Position numbers and translations under genes: made by a program. Positions 44,264 to 52,534 of a DNA stretch of 64,000 nt are shown one piece after another. Position 1 is the stretch's first letter; each line of letters opens with the position of its first letter. The stretch covers positions 341-64,340 of the forward strand of contig QHNQ01000023.1 of assembly GCA_003218135.1 (NCBI GenBank), given 5' to 3'. Origin of the DNA: Verrucomicrobiota bacterium. Its GTDB lineage: Bacteria > Verrucomicrobiota > Verrucomicrobiia > Chthoniobacterales > UBA10450. The notes under the pieces are model-generated. The model did no database searches. It saw nothing but the letters and a program-made list of their open reading frames with translations, and had not been told where the DNA came from.

Positions 44264-45414
44264 GGCATTAAAAGTGTAGCGAAGAAGGTCGCGACCAGGG
44301 CGGCCGCGAGCACGATTAGATACACAAATCCGCCAAAGAGGAATTTGAAAATGCTGATGAACCAACCTTGCCGGTAAACACGTCTGATCGACAAAAAAAT
44401 TTGCACTACGAACGCGATCCAGAGGAGCGCGATAATCCAGCCCGCGATCAAACCTGGGACTGCGCTGTTGAGCCCGATTGTTGCGAGTACGATCAGCATG
44501 ATCCCGGTGTAAGCGAATGTGTGGATGTGAAGCGCGTAAATCAGATGGTCGATGTAAAAAATGCCGCGGCGGATGTAGAGAACTTTCAAAACGAAGGCGA
44601 ACAGCGGGATACAGCAAAGCATCATGTAAGGCAGATTGCTCAAGAGCGTGCTTATAAACAGCCCCATCTTTGTTCCATGCTCGCCCATCTTTTCCTTGGC
44701 CCGTCCTTCGATCCACCGCTCGAAGGGAGTTGACGTTTTTGCATCCGAATCAAAGACGGCAAACGGTCGCTGGCCTATTTTTCCATACTGCTTCTTGTGC
44801 GTATCGGTTTCGGGTGCGGGTAAAGACGGCGACGCGTTCGGTGAACCTGAGGGAACGGGCGAAGGCGTGTTTGTTGAAGGCTCGGAAGCGAGGGACGGCG
44901 AAGATTCGCGTAATAATGCCGCCAACTTCTCTCGCGCTGCGGGCGGCAAATCTTCGTTCTTCAATTCCGCTTCGAGTTCGGCGCGATCTTTCGGCTCGAG
45001 TTTGCCCGGTTCGAACTTAACTCCTTTTGTTGCGTAGTTCACCGCAAAGAAAAACAAGATGCTGGCGAGCAGATAGAGCCGCAGCGGATTTACGTAGCGC
45101 ACGCGCTTGCCAGCTAAAAACTCATTCGTCAGGCGCCAAGGTTTTAAGATGAGAAGCGCAATGGTGGTGAAGAATTTTGAATCCCAATTCAGAAACTCGT
45201 TGAGTAGATCGGCAACAACGTGCCGGAAAGAACGGCGATACTCGATAGCTGGTTGGCCGCATTGCGGGCACCAATGTCCCTGCAATTCTGCACCGCAATT
45301 CTCGCAGTGCGTCAGCGCTGGAGTTGTATCTTTCGCTCGGCGCCGGCCCGGAGTTCGCTCGAATGCACTAATGGCCGTGTCGCCGAGGATGATTTTTGCC
45401 GGTTCATCGGCCAT
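44260..45414 (-). CDS. DUF3667-like zinc-ribbon membrane protein
   Basis: Contains CENCGAELQGHWCPQCGQ, FLNWDSKFFTTIALLILKPW and GKRVRYVNPLRLY. A Ser/Pro-rich linker precedes the C-terminal TM helices. Confidence 0.65.
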   Translation of the reverse strand: MADEPAKIILGDTAISAFERTPGRRRAKDTTPALTHCENCGAELQGHWCPQCGQPAIEYRRSFRHVVADLLNEFLNWDSKFFTTIALLILKPWRLTNEFLAGKRVRYVNPLRLYLLASILFFFAVNYATKGVKFEPGKLEPKDRAELEAELKNEDLPPAAREKLAALLRESSPSLASEPSTNTPSPVPSGSPNASPSLPAPETDTHKKQYGKIGQRPFAVFDSDAKTSTPFERWIEGRAKEKMGEHGTKMGLFISTLLSNLPYMMLCCIPLFAFVLKVLYIRRGIFYIDHLIYALHIHTFAYTGIMLIVLATIGLNSAVPGLIAGWIIALLWIAFVVQIFLSIRRVYRQGWFISIFKFLFGGFVYLIVLAAALVATFFATLLMP

Positions 45415-45521
45415 ATGGCTGCGAGCTTACAAAAACATTTTCTCGCCGTCGATGAGCATAAACCCGGGCCAGCTCGACTCGCATCCGTGCAAAGCTTTGG
45501 ATTGACCAGTCGAACTGCTTG

Positions 45522-47144
45522 ATGACACGATCTCGACCGGTGGGCTCGCAACTTTTCAAAACCAAGAGTCCCGAGCATCTGATGGCCGAAGCCGCCTCGG
45601 CTGAGCGGCAAATGAAGCGCACGCTCAACGCGTTCGATCTCACGTGTATCGGCATCGGGGCCATCATCGGTACGGGAATTTTCGCGCTGATCGGTACCGC
45701 AATCGCCGGTCAGACTTTTCCGACACGACTCGAGACGCCCATTCTCAATTTTATCCAGGCATGGCTTTCAGGGGCGGACGTAATCCTAGGCCGCGCCGGT
45801 GCCGGTCCGGCAGTGGCGATTTCGCTATTTGTGGCGGCGTTGGCCTGTGGATTCGCCGCGCTCTGTTATGCCGAGCTTGCCTCGATGATTCCAGTGTCGG
45901 GCTCGGCCTACACATATTCGTACGCTACGCTCGGTGAGATCATCGCGTGGATCATCGGTTGGGATTTGATTCTGGAATATGCGGTCGGGAATATGGCAGT
46001 CGCGGTCGGTTGGTCGGGATATTTCGTTAAGCTCTGCGGCAGTCTTTTCGGACTCAAATTTCCAATATGGGCCGTGAACGATTACCGTACGGCCAGCGAT
46101 CTGATCGCAAAAGGTGGCGACACGCTGAAGGATTTTTCTTCGACAACTCTGCCCATCATTGCCGGTCATCCGATCGCCCTGAACTTTCCGGCGCTCGTGA
46201 TTGTCGCAGCGGTGACGGTGCTTTTGATCTACGGAATTCGCGAGAGCGCAAAAACGAACACAATGATAGTCATTATCAAAGTCGCTGTGGTTGTCTTCTT
46301 CATTTCGTTCGGGGCTTTCATGGTGCATCCGACGAACTGGCACCCGTATGTGCCGAATGGTTTTGCCGGAGTGATGAGCGGAGCAGCCATCATCTTTTTC
46401 GCCTTCATCGGTTTCGACGCCGTTTCGACGACGGCTGAGGAAACAAAAAATCCACGACGCGACATGCCGATTGGGATCATCGCCAGTTTGATCATTTGCA
46501 CGTTGCTTTACGTGCTCATGGGCACGGTGCTGGCCGGCATTAAAAAATATACGGTTTACCTGGGCGATCCGGCCGCGGCCGCCACCGCTTTCGCGAGCAA
46601 GCCATGGGCGGAAGCGTTGATCAGCGCCGGAGCGCTTGCTGGAATGACTTCGGTGTTACTCGTTTTTCAACTCGGGCAGCCGCGCATTTTCATGGCGATG
46701 GCGCGTGACGGCTTGCTCCCGCAGTACTTTGCTCGAATTCATCCACGCTTCCGCACGCCATACGTGACAACAATTTGGACCGGAGTGGTCGTTGGCGGAG
46801 TGGCGATGCTGGTCGACATCGGCTCACTCTCAGATTTGACGAACATCGGAACTTTGTTCGCATTCATTCTCGTTTGCGTCGGCGTGGCCGTTTTGCGGCG
46901 GACCGACGCTGGGCGTCCGCGGCCGTTTCGTGTCCCACTCGTGCCGCTGTTTCCGATCGTCGGCGTGCTTCTGTGTTTCGTGCTGATGCTCAGCCTGCCG
47001 GTGCTCACCTGGATCCGTTTCTTTGTCTGGCTCGGAATTGGTCTGCTGATTTATTTTCTCTACAGCGTTCGACACAGCAAACTGCGCCGCGGCATCGACA
47101 CCGGTATAACGGAAGATATTCCACCGCCGCTAATCAAGACGTAA
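45522..47144 (+). CDS. APC-superfamily amino acid permease (cationic amino acid transporter-like)
   Basis: Contains LFKTKSPEHLMAEA...LKRTLNAFDLTCIGIGAIIGTGIF, has 12-14 TM helices, and carries AFIGFDAVSTTAEE. Confidence 0.85.
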   Translation: MTRSRPVGSQLFKTKSPEHLMAEAASAERQMKRTLNAFDLTCIGIGAIIGTGIFALIGTAIAGQTFPTRLETPILNFIQAWLSGADVILGRAGAGPAVAISLFVAALACGFAALCYAELASMIPVSGSAYTYSYATLGEIIAWIIGWDLILEYAVGNMAVAVGWSGYFVKLCGSLFGLKFPIWAVNDYRTASDLIAKGGDTLKDFSSTTLPIIAGHPIALNFPALVIVAAVTVLLIYGIRESAKTNTMIVIIKVAVVVFFISFGAFMVHPTNWHPYVPNGFAGVMSGAAIIFFAFIGFDAVSTTAEETKNPRRDMPIGIIASLIICTLLYVLMGTVLAGIKKYTVYLGDPAAAATAFASKPWAEALISAGALAGMTSVLLVFQLGQPRIFMAMARDGLLPQYFARIHPRFRTPYVTTIWTGVVVGGVAMLVDIGSLSDLTNIGTLFAFILVCVGVAVLRRTDAGRPRPFRVPLVPLFPIVGVLLCFVLMLSLPVLTWIRFFVWLGIGLLIYFLYSVRHSKLRRGIDTGITEDIPPPLIKT

Positions 47145-47150
47145 GCTGTT

Positions 47151-47209
47151 CTGTAGCGTGCGCTGTCCTCAGCGCACTTGGTTCTCCGCTGAGGCGGCGG
47201 ACACTACAG
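47151..47209. repeat. CTGTAG...CTACAG hairpin repeat at a convergent junction
   Basis: CTGTAGC-GTGCGCTGTCCTCAGCGCAC-...-GCTGAGGCGGCGGACACTACAG. Confidence 0.45.
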
Positions 47210-47213
47210 TAAC

Positions 47214-47486
47214 TCACGCTGCCTTTTGCGCGTGGGTGGTTTCGTCGTCGACTTCGAGCCAATCGAACGTTGTTGTCTTCTCCGGCTGGAGCCCGAGTTT
47301 TTTAACCTGTTCGCTGAAGAACTCGCGCTTTTCCGGATGATTATACAGGCTGCTTGACTCGGCCTCTTCGGCCCAACGTCGAATTTCCGCCGCCGTTTTC
47401 TTTTCTCCGCTTTGATTGAGCCAATCAATCATCTTCTGATCGCCGGCGCCCTGCTCGATTTGGGCTTTGAAATCTTCACCCTTCAC
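47214..47486 (-). CDS. small hypothetical protein, possibly the 5'-truncated remnant of a larger gene
   Basis: Coding-like C-terminal 90 aa (..MIDWLNQSGEKKTAAEIRRWAEEAE..TTFDWLEVDD). Upstream, the ORF runs into a palindromic repeat and antisense of the OsmC gene. The GTG start at 47486 is a guess. Confidence 0.3.
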   Translation of the reverse strand: MKGEDFKAQIEQGAGDQKMIDWLNQSGEKKTAAEIRRWAEEAESSSLYNHPEKREFFSEQVKKLGLQPEKTTTFDWLEVDDETTHAQKAA

Positions 47487-47539
47487 GCCTTTGAAACCAA
47501 AAAGCAGGGTGCGCAGGGAAAATTCAGGAAAAACCGGCC

Positions 47540-47611
47540 GCCACGGATGAACACAGATGAAACACAGATTTCCCAATTCTGAATCTGTGAAAATCTGTGT
47601 TAATCTGTGGC
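47540..47611. repeat. 72-bp palindromic CACAGAT-rich element
   Basis: GCCACGGATGAACACAGATGAAACACAGATT-tcccaattctg-AATCTGTGAAAATCTGTGTTAATCTGTGGC. Confidence 0.6.
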
Positions 47612-47618
47612 AAAACTT

Positions 47619-48032
47619 ATGGTCAAAGTTTCCGTCAAATACGCTGGCGATTTGCATTGCGACGCGACCCATGGGCCGTCGCAATCGAAAATCTCCACCG
47701 ATGCGCCGACCGACAATAAAGGCAAAGGCGAAGCGTTTTCGCCTACGGACCTTGTTGCCACGGCGCTCGCCACGTGCATGAGCACGACAATGGGAATCAG
47801 GGCGGAGGAACTTGGCGTTAATCTGCGCGGCATGACCGTCTCCGTGCAAAAGGAAATGTCGAACGACGCGCCGCGCCGGATCGTTGGATTACCAAGCGAA
47901 GTGCACATCCCGCTGCCGCCCGATTCGCCCCATCGCGAAATCCTCGAGCAAACCGCGCTCAATTGTCCGGTGCACAAGAGTCTGCCGCCAGAAATCCATC
48001 GGCCGACGAAATTTTTCTGGGAAGGAAGATAG
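47619..48032 (+). CDS. OsmC family peroxiredoxin-like protein
   Basis: Contains KGKGEAFSPTDLVATALATCMSTTMG and ALNCPVHKSL, which provide the two conserved Cys. Confidence 0.8.
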   Translation: MVKVSVKYAGDLHCDATHGPSQSKISTDAPTDNKGKGEAFSPTDLVATALATCMSTTMGIRAEELGVNLRGMTVSVQKEMSNDAPRRIVGLPSEVHIPLPPDSPHREILEQTALNCPVHKSLPPEIHRPTKFFWEGR

Positions 48033-48133
48033 GCTTCCAGCCTGTCTCGGCCGGCGGGCTTCCCAGCCTGCCGAATCTGTCGCAAAACCCGACAGGCAAA
48101 GATGCCTGTCAGCCGGTTCAGGCTAGGAAGCCT
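48031..48133. terminator. long nested hairpin between convergent genes (candidate bidirectional terminator/repeat)
   Basis: AGGCTTCCAGCCTG ... CAGGCTAGGAAGCCT forms the outer stem and GACAGGCA-aaga-TGCCTGTC the inner one. It overlaps both stop codons. The internal motif GCTTCCCAGCCTGCC recurs at 59050. Confidence 0.4.
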
Positions 48134-49073
48134 GACTTCCGTATAGCCACTGCATGTAATCGCGCACGCCGTCCTCGAGCGCAAAGCGTGCCTCATACCC
48201 GAGCGCACTGTGCGCGTTCGTTAGATCGGCTTGCGTAAAGTTTTGGTAATGCGCGTGTGGGTTATCGATGTAATCGGGCTGAAAACTTGTGCCGAGGCAT
48301 TTGTTGAGAACGTCCACCAGTTCGTTGAATGAGCGCGCCTCGCCCGTGCCAAGATTATAAATTCCGCTCGTGTGTGCATCGAGCGCGCGAATGCTGCCTT
48401 CGACGGCGTCCTTCACGTAAATAAAGTCGCGCTTCTGTTCCCCGTGTTTGAAAATGCGCGGGCGCTGGCCGGCTTTTATCTGTTGCGCCAGATGATAAAC
48501 CATGCTCGCAGGCACGCCCTTGTGTGCTTCGCGCGGCCCGTAAACGTTGAAGTAGCGCAAACCGATGATGATCCAATCGGGTGACTCAGCAGCAGCGCGC
48601 CTGGCGATATTGTCCATAATTACTTTTGAAAACGAGTAAACGTTCGCCGGCGCCGCACCATTTGATTCCGTGCTGGCCTCTGTAACGGCGCCGTACGTGG
48701 AGGCCGAGGAGGCGTAGATGATTCGGGTCGTGGTCGGCCGGGCAAAATTTAAAAGCCGCCGAAAACTTTCCACGTTATCGTGGACCTGTTCGAACTGGTC
48801 ATGATTCGTTGTGTCTGTGATCGATGCGAGATGGAAAATGGCGTCGAATTGTTCGTCGCCAAACTTTTCTCGCCAATCCAACGTAGCCAAATTCTGCGCG
48901 ACCAAATCCCCGCGGTATCCGGCGAGATTTTTGAAATCACCGGAGCGAAAGTCGTCTATCACGGTGAGACGCGCGTCCGGAAATTTTTCCTGTAACGCAA
49001 GTGTGAGATTGGAGCCGATGAAACCGGCGCCGCCAGTAACAATCAGGTTTGAAGGAGAATCAGTCGAGTGCAC
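48123..49073 (-). CDS. hldD: ADP-L-glycero-D-manno-heptose 6-epimerase
   Basis: Contains VTGGAGFIGSNL, YASSASTYG, YSKVIMD, LRYFNVYGPREAHKG, KRDFIYVKD, NLGTGEARSF and YQNFTQADLT. It is colinear with E. coli HldD as I recall it. Confidence 0.85.
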   Translation of the reverse strand: MHSTDSPSNLIVTGGAGFIGSNLTLALQEKFPDARLTVIDDFRSGDFKNLAGYRGDLVAQNLATLDWREKFGDEQFDAIFHLASITDTTNHDQFEQVHDNVESFRRLLNFARPTTTRIIYASSASTYGAVTEASTESNGAAPANVYSFSKVIMDNIARRAAAESPDWIIIGLRYFNVYGPREAHKGVPASMVYHLAQQIKAGQRPRIFKHGEQKRDFIYVKDAVEGSIRALDAHTSGIYNLGTGEARSFNELVDVLNKCLGTSFQPDYIDNPHAHYQNFTQADLTNAHSALGYEARFALEDGVRDYMQWLYGSQAS

Positions 49074-49139
49074 AAGAAGGATTTGTTAGCTTGGTGATTA
49101 AATAATCTTGACGCTGAAAGCGCAAGCCGCTAGTCCTCG

Positions 49140-49365
49140 CTGCAGTTCTTTGCGAGCTTGGAAAAGTGGATCGGCGCAAGAAATCCCGTGAGAATCGGGA
49201 GCAGTTGCGCTGCTGTAACTGGATACGACTTCCCATTGGGCCAATCGTTAGGCCGGGATTTGTAGGGCGTCTCTGTCGGACGCCAGCGAATTAGCGGAGA
49301 CGGTGAAGGCGGGAAGAAGGTGCGGTGCCGCACAGGCATTATAAGCCAGGAGCCAGAATATTTGT
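49140..49365 (+). promoter_or_regulatory. cobalamin (B12) riboswitch
   Basis: 49178-49218 (AAGAAATCCCGTGAGAATCGGGAGCAGTTGCGCTGCTGTAA) parallels the btuB-leader core AGGGAAUCCAGUGCGAAUCUGGAGCUGACGCGCAGCGGUAA. CCCATTGGG and GGGAAGAAGG follow, then a B12-box-like AAGCCAGGAGCCAG at 49343-49356. It lies upstream of a BtuB-like receptor. The boundaries are approximate. Confidence 0.65.
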
Positions 49366-49381
49366 CCGATCCACCTCATTC

Positions 49382-49438
49382 GGCTGTAGCCGCGATCGGT
49401 GATCGCGGCGGCCGGGATCACCGATCCCGGCTACAACC
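49382..49438. repeat. 57-nt palindromic CTGTAGCC...GGCTACA repeat in the receptor leader
   Basis: GGCTGTAGCCGCGATCGGTGATC-gcggcggccgg-GATCACCGATCCCGGCTACAACC. Confidence 0.5.
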
Positions 49439-49530
49439 GAAAAAACTTCTTCGCAAAAAGAAGAATGAGAGCTGGGCGATGCGCCTTACGGGGCAAACAA
49501 GTCCGACTCTCAGAGTTGGAGGAAACTTGT

Positions 49531-51570
49531 ATGCGAAATCGTCCAGTTTGGTTTTGTCTTCCGGGCAGCGCACGCATCCCGCGTGTTGGCGAGCGCGTCT
49601 CGCAATCGCGAACTTTTCGTGCTGCGTTCTGCCACAATCCACGATCCACGTTTTTAGAAAAGCCTGTTTCGGCGCGACGCCGAAACCAGCACGCGAGACG
49701 CGCGCGCTCCCCAATCCGATTCGCTGCGCTGTTCTTTTTCGTGCCGATCCTTTGTTTCGGGCAGGAAGTTTCACCGACGCCGCCGCCGGGTGAAGCGGAA
49801 GCCGAGCAAGTGGTCGTATCGGCAACGCGTTTCGATATTCCGCTCGATCAATCGCCAGCGAGCGTGAGCGTGATTGGCTCGGAAGATATGGAGCAAAAAC
49901 AAATCGAGCGGGTGAGCGATGCCCTCCGCGAAGTGCCTGGTTTATCTGTCGTGCAGACCGGCACGGCCGGTCAGTTGACATCGGTTTTCATGCGCGGACT
50001 TCGCAGCGAACACACTCAAGTTTTGCTCGACGGAATCCCGATCAATCAAGGATTACAGGGTGCATTCAACTTTGCCGACCTCACTACCGACGACATTGAC
50101 AGGATCGAAGTGGTGCGCGGGCCGCAGAGTACTTTGTACGGGCCGCGCGCGCCGGCAGGCGTCATCCAGATTTTTACGAAGCAGGGCACGGGAACTCCAG
50201 GGGTTTTGTTCGCGGCCGAGGGCGGCTCGTACGATAGCTTTCGGGAATGGTCACAGAGCGACGGAAAAATCGAACAGTTCGATTATTCAGTTGGCGCGAG
50301 TCGCCTTGATACCGACAACGCGCGACCAAACAACAATTACCGCAACACGTCCGCGATCACCGACGTCGGCTGGTCGCCCGGCGAACAACTGAGAATCGGG
50401 AGTCTGTTTACTTACTCCGTAAGCGATACCGGAAATCCGAATACTATTTTCGATCCTCGTCCCATCGATCATTTTCTCACGGAACGCTGGCTGATTGGCC
50501 CACACATCGATTGGAAACCGACTGACTGGTGGGAGCAGAAATTCATTTTCAGTTACGATCACGAGCGGCAAATTAACGATCCAAATGAGGACGGATTCGT
50601 TGGCGCGACCCGCGCGCTCTTTGAACGCACGCAAGTTGATTATCAAAACGATCTGCGCCCGACCTCATGGCTGACCCTGACCTCAGGGTTTTTCTATAGC
50701 CGGCTCAACGCAGGGCAGGAGCGCCCGTTTGTTCTATTCGGGCCGACCTTCGTGAGCGATCACACAGAGGAGGTCGCCGGTTTTTTGCAGGGAACGCTGA
50801 TGCCCATCGACAATTTGATTTTCGTCGCAGGCGGGCGCTTCGATCACTTCAATCAATTCGGCGGTATTTGGACTTATCGATTCGCCAGCAGTTATAAAGT
50901 CGACCGGACAAACACAACATTGCATTCGAGCGTGGCGACGGGATTCAGTCCGCCGAGTAGTCAGGACAAAATTTTCGGGAACAATTTCGGATTGAAACCG
51001 GAACACGATCTCGGCTGGGATATCGGCGTCGAACAACGGCTCTGGGAGAACCGGGTCACCGTCGAGCTGACCTATTTTCACAACGACCTTTCGAACGTGA
51101 TCGGCTTTAACGGTCTTTTCCAAACGCTCAATCTCGGCGCAGCCGAAACGCAGGGGCTCGAAGCTGAGTTACGCGCGCAACCGATCGCCGACCTTCTGTT
51201 CACAGCGAGCTACACTTATCTAGAGGCGGAAAAGACTTCGTCAGCGGACATTTCGCAGCCCCAAGGCGCGCGTTTGCCCCGCCGGCCGCGCAACGAAGTC
51301 TACGTTTCTGCTTCGTATCTTTGGTGGAAAAAACTGCGCACGACGATCGAAGCCAAGTTCGTGAATGCGCGCGAGGAATTAAATTTCGGCGGACCGAATT
51401 TCGATATTGAAGATTATTCGTTCGTGAATTTCGCCGCCGAATACGAAATCAACGCGCATCTGTCGCTCTTCGGTCGAATCAACAATTTAACCGACGAACA
51501 GTACTCGGAAGTTTTCGGTTTCCCTGCGCTCGGCCGCGCGGCATACGGCGGCGTAAAGGTGCGCTTTTAG
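49531..51570 (+). CDS. TonB-dependent outer-membrane receptor (BtuB/cobalamin-type candidate)
   Basis: Plug domain VVVSATRFDIPLDQSPASVSVI and LREVPGLSV, plus FMRGLRSEHTQVLLDGIPIN. The C-terminal barrel ends in ..YGGVKVRF. The ATG at 49531 follows GGAGGAAACTTGT, but the start is uncertain. Confidence 0.8.
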   Translation: MRNRPVWFCLPGSARIPRVGERVSQSRTFRAAFCHNPRSTFLEKPVSARRRNQHARRARSPIRFAALFFFVPILCFGQEVSPTPPPGEAEAEQVVVSATRFDIPLDQSPASVSVIGSEDMEQKQIERVSDALREVPGLSVVQTGTAGQLTSVFMRGLRSEHTQVLLDGIPINQGLQGAFNFADLTTDDIDRIEVVRGPQSTLYGPRAPAGVIQIFTKQGTGTPGVLFAAEGGSYDSFREWSQSDGKIEQFDYSVGASRLDTDNARPNNNYRNTSAITDVGWSPGEQLRIGSLFTYSVSDTGNPNTIFDPRPIDHFLTERWLIGPHIDWKPTDWWEQKFIFSYDHERQINDPNEDGFVGATRALFERTQVDYQNDLRPTSWLTLTSGFFYSRLNAGQERPFVLFGPTFVSDHTEEVAGFLQGTLMPIDNLIFVAGGRFDHFNQFGGIWTYRFASSYKVDRTNTTLHSSVATGFSPPSSQDKIFGNNFGLKPEHDLGWDIGVEQRLWENRVTVELTYFHNDLSNVIGFNGLFQTLNLGAAETQGLEAELRAQPIADLLFTASYTYLEAEKTSSADISQPQGARLPRRPRNEVYVSASYLWWKKLRTTIEAKFVNAREELNFGGPNFDIEDYSFVNFAAEYEINAHLSLFGRINNLTDEQYSEVFGFPALGRAAYGGVKVRF

Positions 51571-51578
51571 TCGCTCTT

Positions 51579-51606
51579 GTCATTCCGAGCGAAGTCGAGG
51601 AATCTC
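51579..51606 (+). repeat. solo 27-nt GTCATTCCGAGCGAAGTCGAGGAATCT unit
   Basis: Near-identical to the unit at 52495-52521 in the same orientation. Sits just upstream of proC. Confidence 0.6.
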
Positions 51607-51630
51607 TCGTTGTTCGGCAAGACATTGAGC

Positions 51631-52473
51631 ATGTCACTGAAACTTTCAGATAAGAAATTAGCAGTGCTCGGCGCGGGCAAATTGGGTGGCATCCTGCTGC
51701 GCACGTATTTGAAGAAGGGACTCTTTGTGTCCAGTCGCGTCACTGCGACGGTAAGGCATCCGGAGAGGGCAACCGCGCTCGCGAAAGAGCTCGGCGTCGC
51801 CGTGACCACCGACAATCGTCAAGCGGTCAAACGTGCCGACATCATTCTGCTGAGCGTAAAGCCCCAAACCATTGCGGAGGTGTTGCGGGAAATCGCTTTG
51901 CATATTGACGCCCAGTCGCTGCTGGTTTCGGTCGCCGCTTCCGTGCCGACCAGTTATGTGGAGCAGCAACTCGCCGCAGCCGGTGCCAGTAGTCAAGTGG
52001 CGGTCGTCCGGGCGATGCCAAACACACCCGCTGCTGTGGGCTCCGGTATGACGGCGATCTGTGGCGGTACGCATGCTGGCTCGGAGCATCTCGAAATTGC
52101 TCGAAGCATGTTCGACGCTGTGGGCCGAACCGTTGTCCTTGATGAAAAGCACATGGACGCCGTGACGGGTCTTTCCGCAAGCGGCCCTGCGTTTGCGTAC
52201 ATCATTCTGGAATCGCTTGCCGAGGGGGGCGTGAAAGTTGGTTTGCCACGCGATGTGGCCACTCTTCTTGCGGCGCAAACCATGAAAGGGTCGGCCAGCG
52301 TCGTTCTGGAAACCGGCGATCATCCTGCACTTCTCAAGGACGCCGTCACTACCCCGGCTGGCTGCACAATCGACGGCATCCTCGAACTCGAAGAAGGGAA
52401 GCTCCGCGTTACGCTGATTAAAGCGGTGGTCAAAGCGACGAGCCGCGCCGGCGAACTGCTGTTTGAAAAGTAA
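51631..52473 (+). CDS. proC: pyrroline-5-carboxylate reductase
   Basis: Contains LAVLGAGKLGG, ILLSVKPQ, VVRAMPNTPAAVG, and the C-terminal SASGPAFAYIILESLAEGGVKVGLPR and TTPAGCTI. Confidence 0.9.
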   Translation: MSLKLSDKKLAVLGAGKLGGILLRTYLKKGLFVSSRVTATVRHPERATALAKELGVAVTTDNRQAVKRADIILLSVKPQTIAEVLREIALHIDAQSLLVSVAASVPTSYVEQQLAAAGASSQVAVVRAMPNTPAAVGSGMTAICGGTHAGSEHLEIARSMFDAVGRTVVLDEKHMDAVTGLSASGPAFAYIILESLAEGGVKVGLPRDVATLLAAQTMKGSASVVLETGDHPALLKDAVTTPAGCTIDGILELEEGKLRVTLIKAVVKATSRAGELLFEK

Positions 52474-52494
52474 GCGTGCCCACCCGTGGCCCTT

Positions 52495-52521
52495 GTCATT
52501 CCCAGCGAAGTCGAGGAATCT
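52495..52521 (+). repeat. solo 27-nt GTCATTCCCAGCGAAGTCGAGGAATCT unit
   Basis: Direct repeat of 51579-51606 with 1 mismatch. Sits just downstream of proC. Confidence 0.6.
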
Positions 52522-52534
52522 TTAGTTGTTTAAT

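Noticed and set aside
44264-44716. Upstream 150 codons of the 43370-44716 ORF.
   Set aside because: It overlaps the well-supported DUF3667 gene in another frame. The PD40 protein has a clean signal peptide at the internal ATG (44263), which overlaps the upstream stop.
47487-47849. Upstream part of ORF 47214-47849, and the ORF 47600-48208 on the minus strand.
   Set aside because: They read through the CACAGAT palindrome and antisense of the OsmC gene, and have low-complexity Arg-rich composition.
49399-49530. GTG start at 49399 for the TonB-dependent receptor.
   Set aside because: The codons lie inside a 57-nt palindromic repeat directly after the riboswitch. The ATG at 49531 has a strong GGAGGA Shine-Dalgarno sequence. 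The true start is still uncertain.
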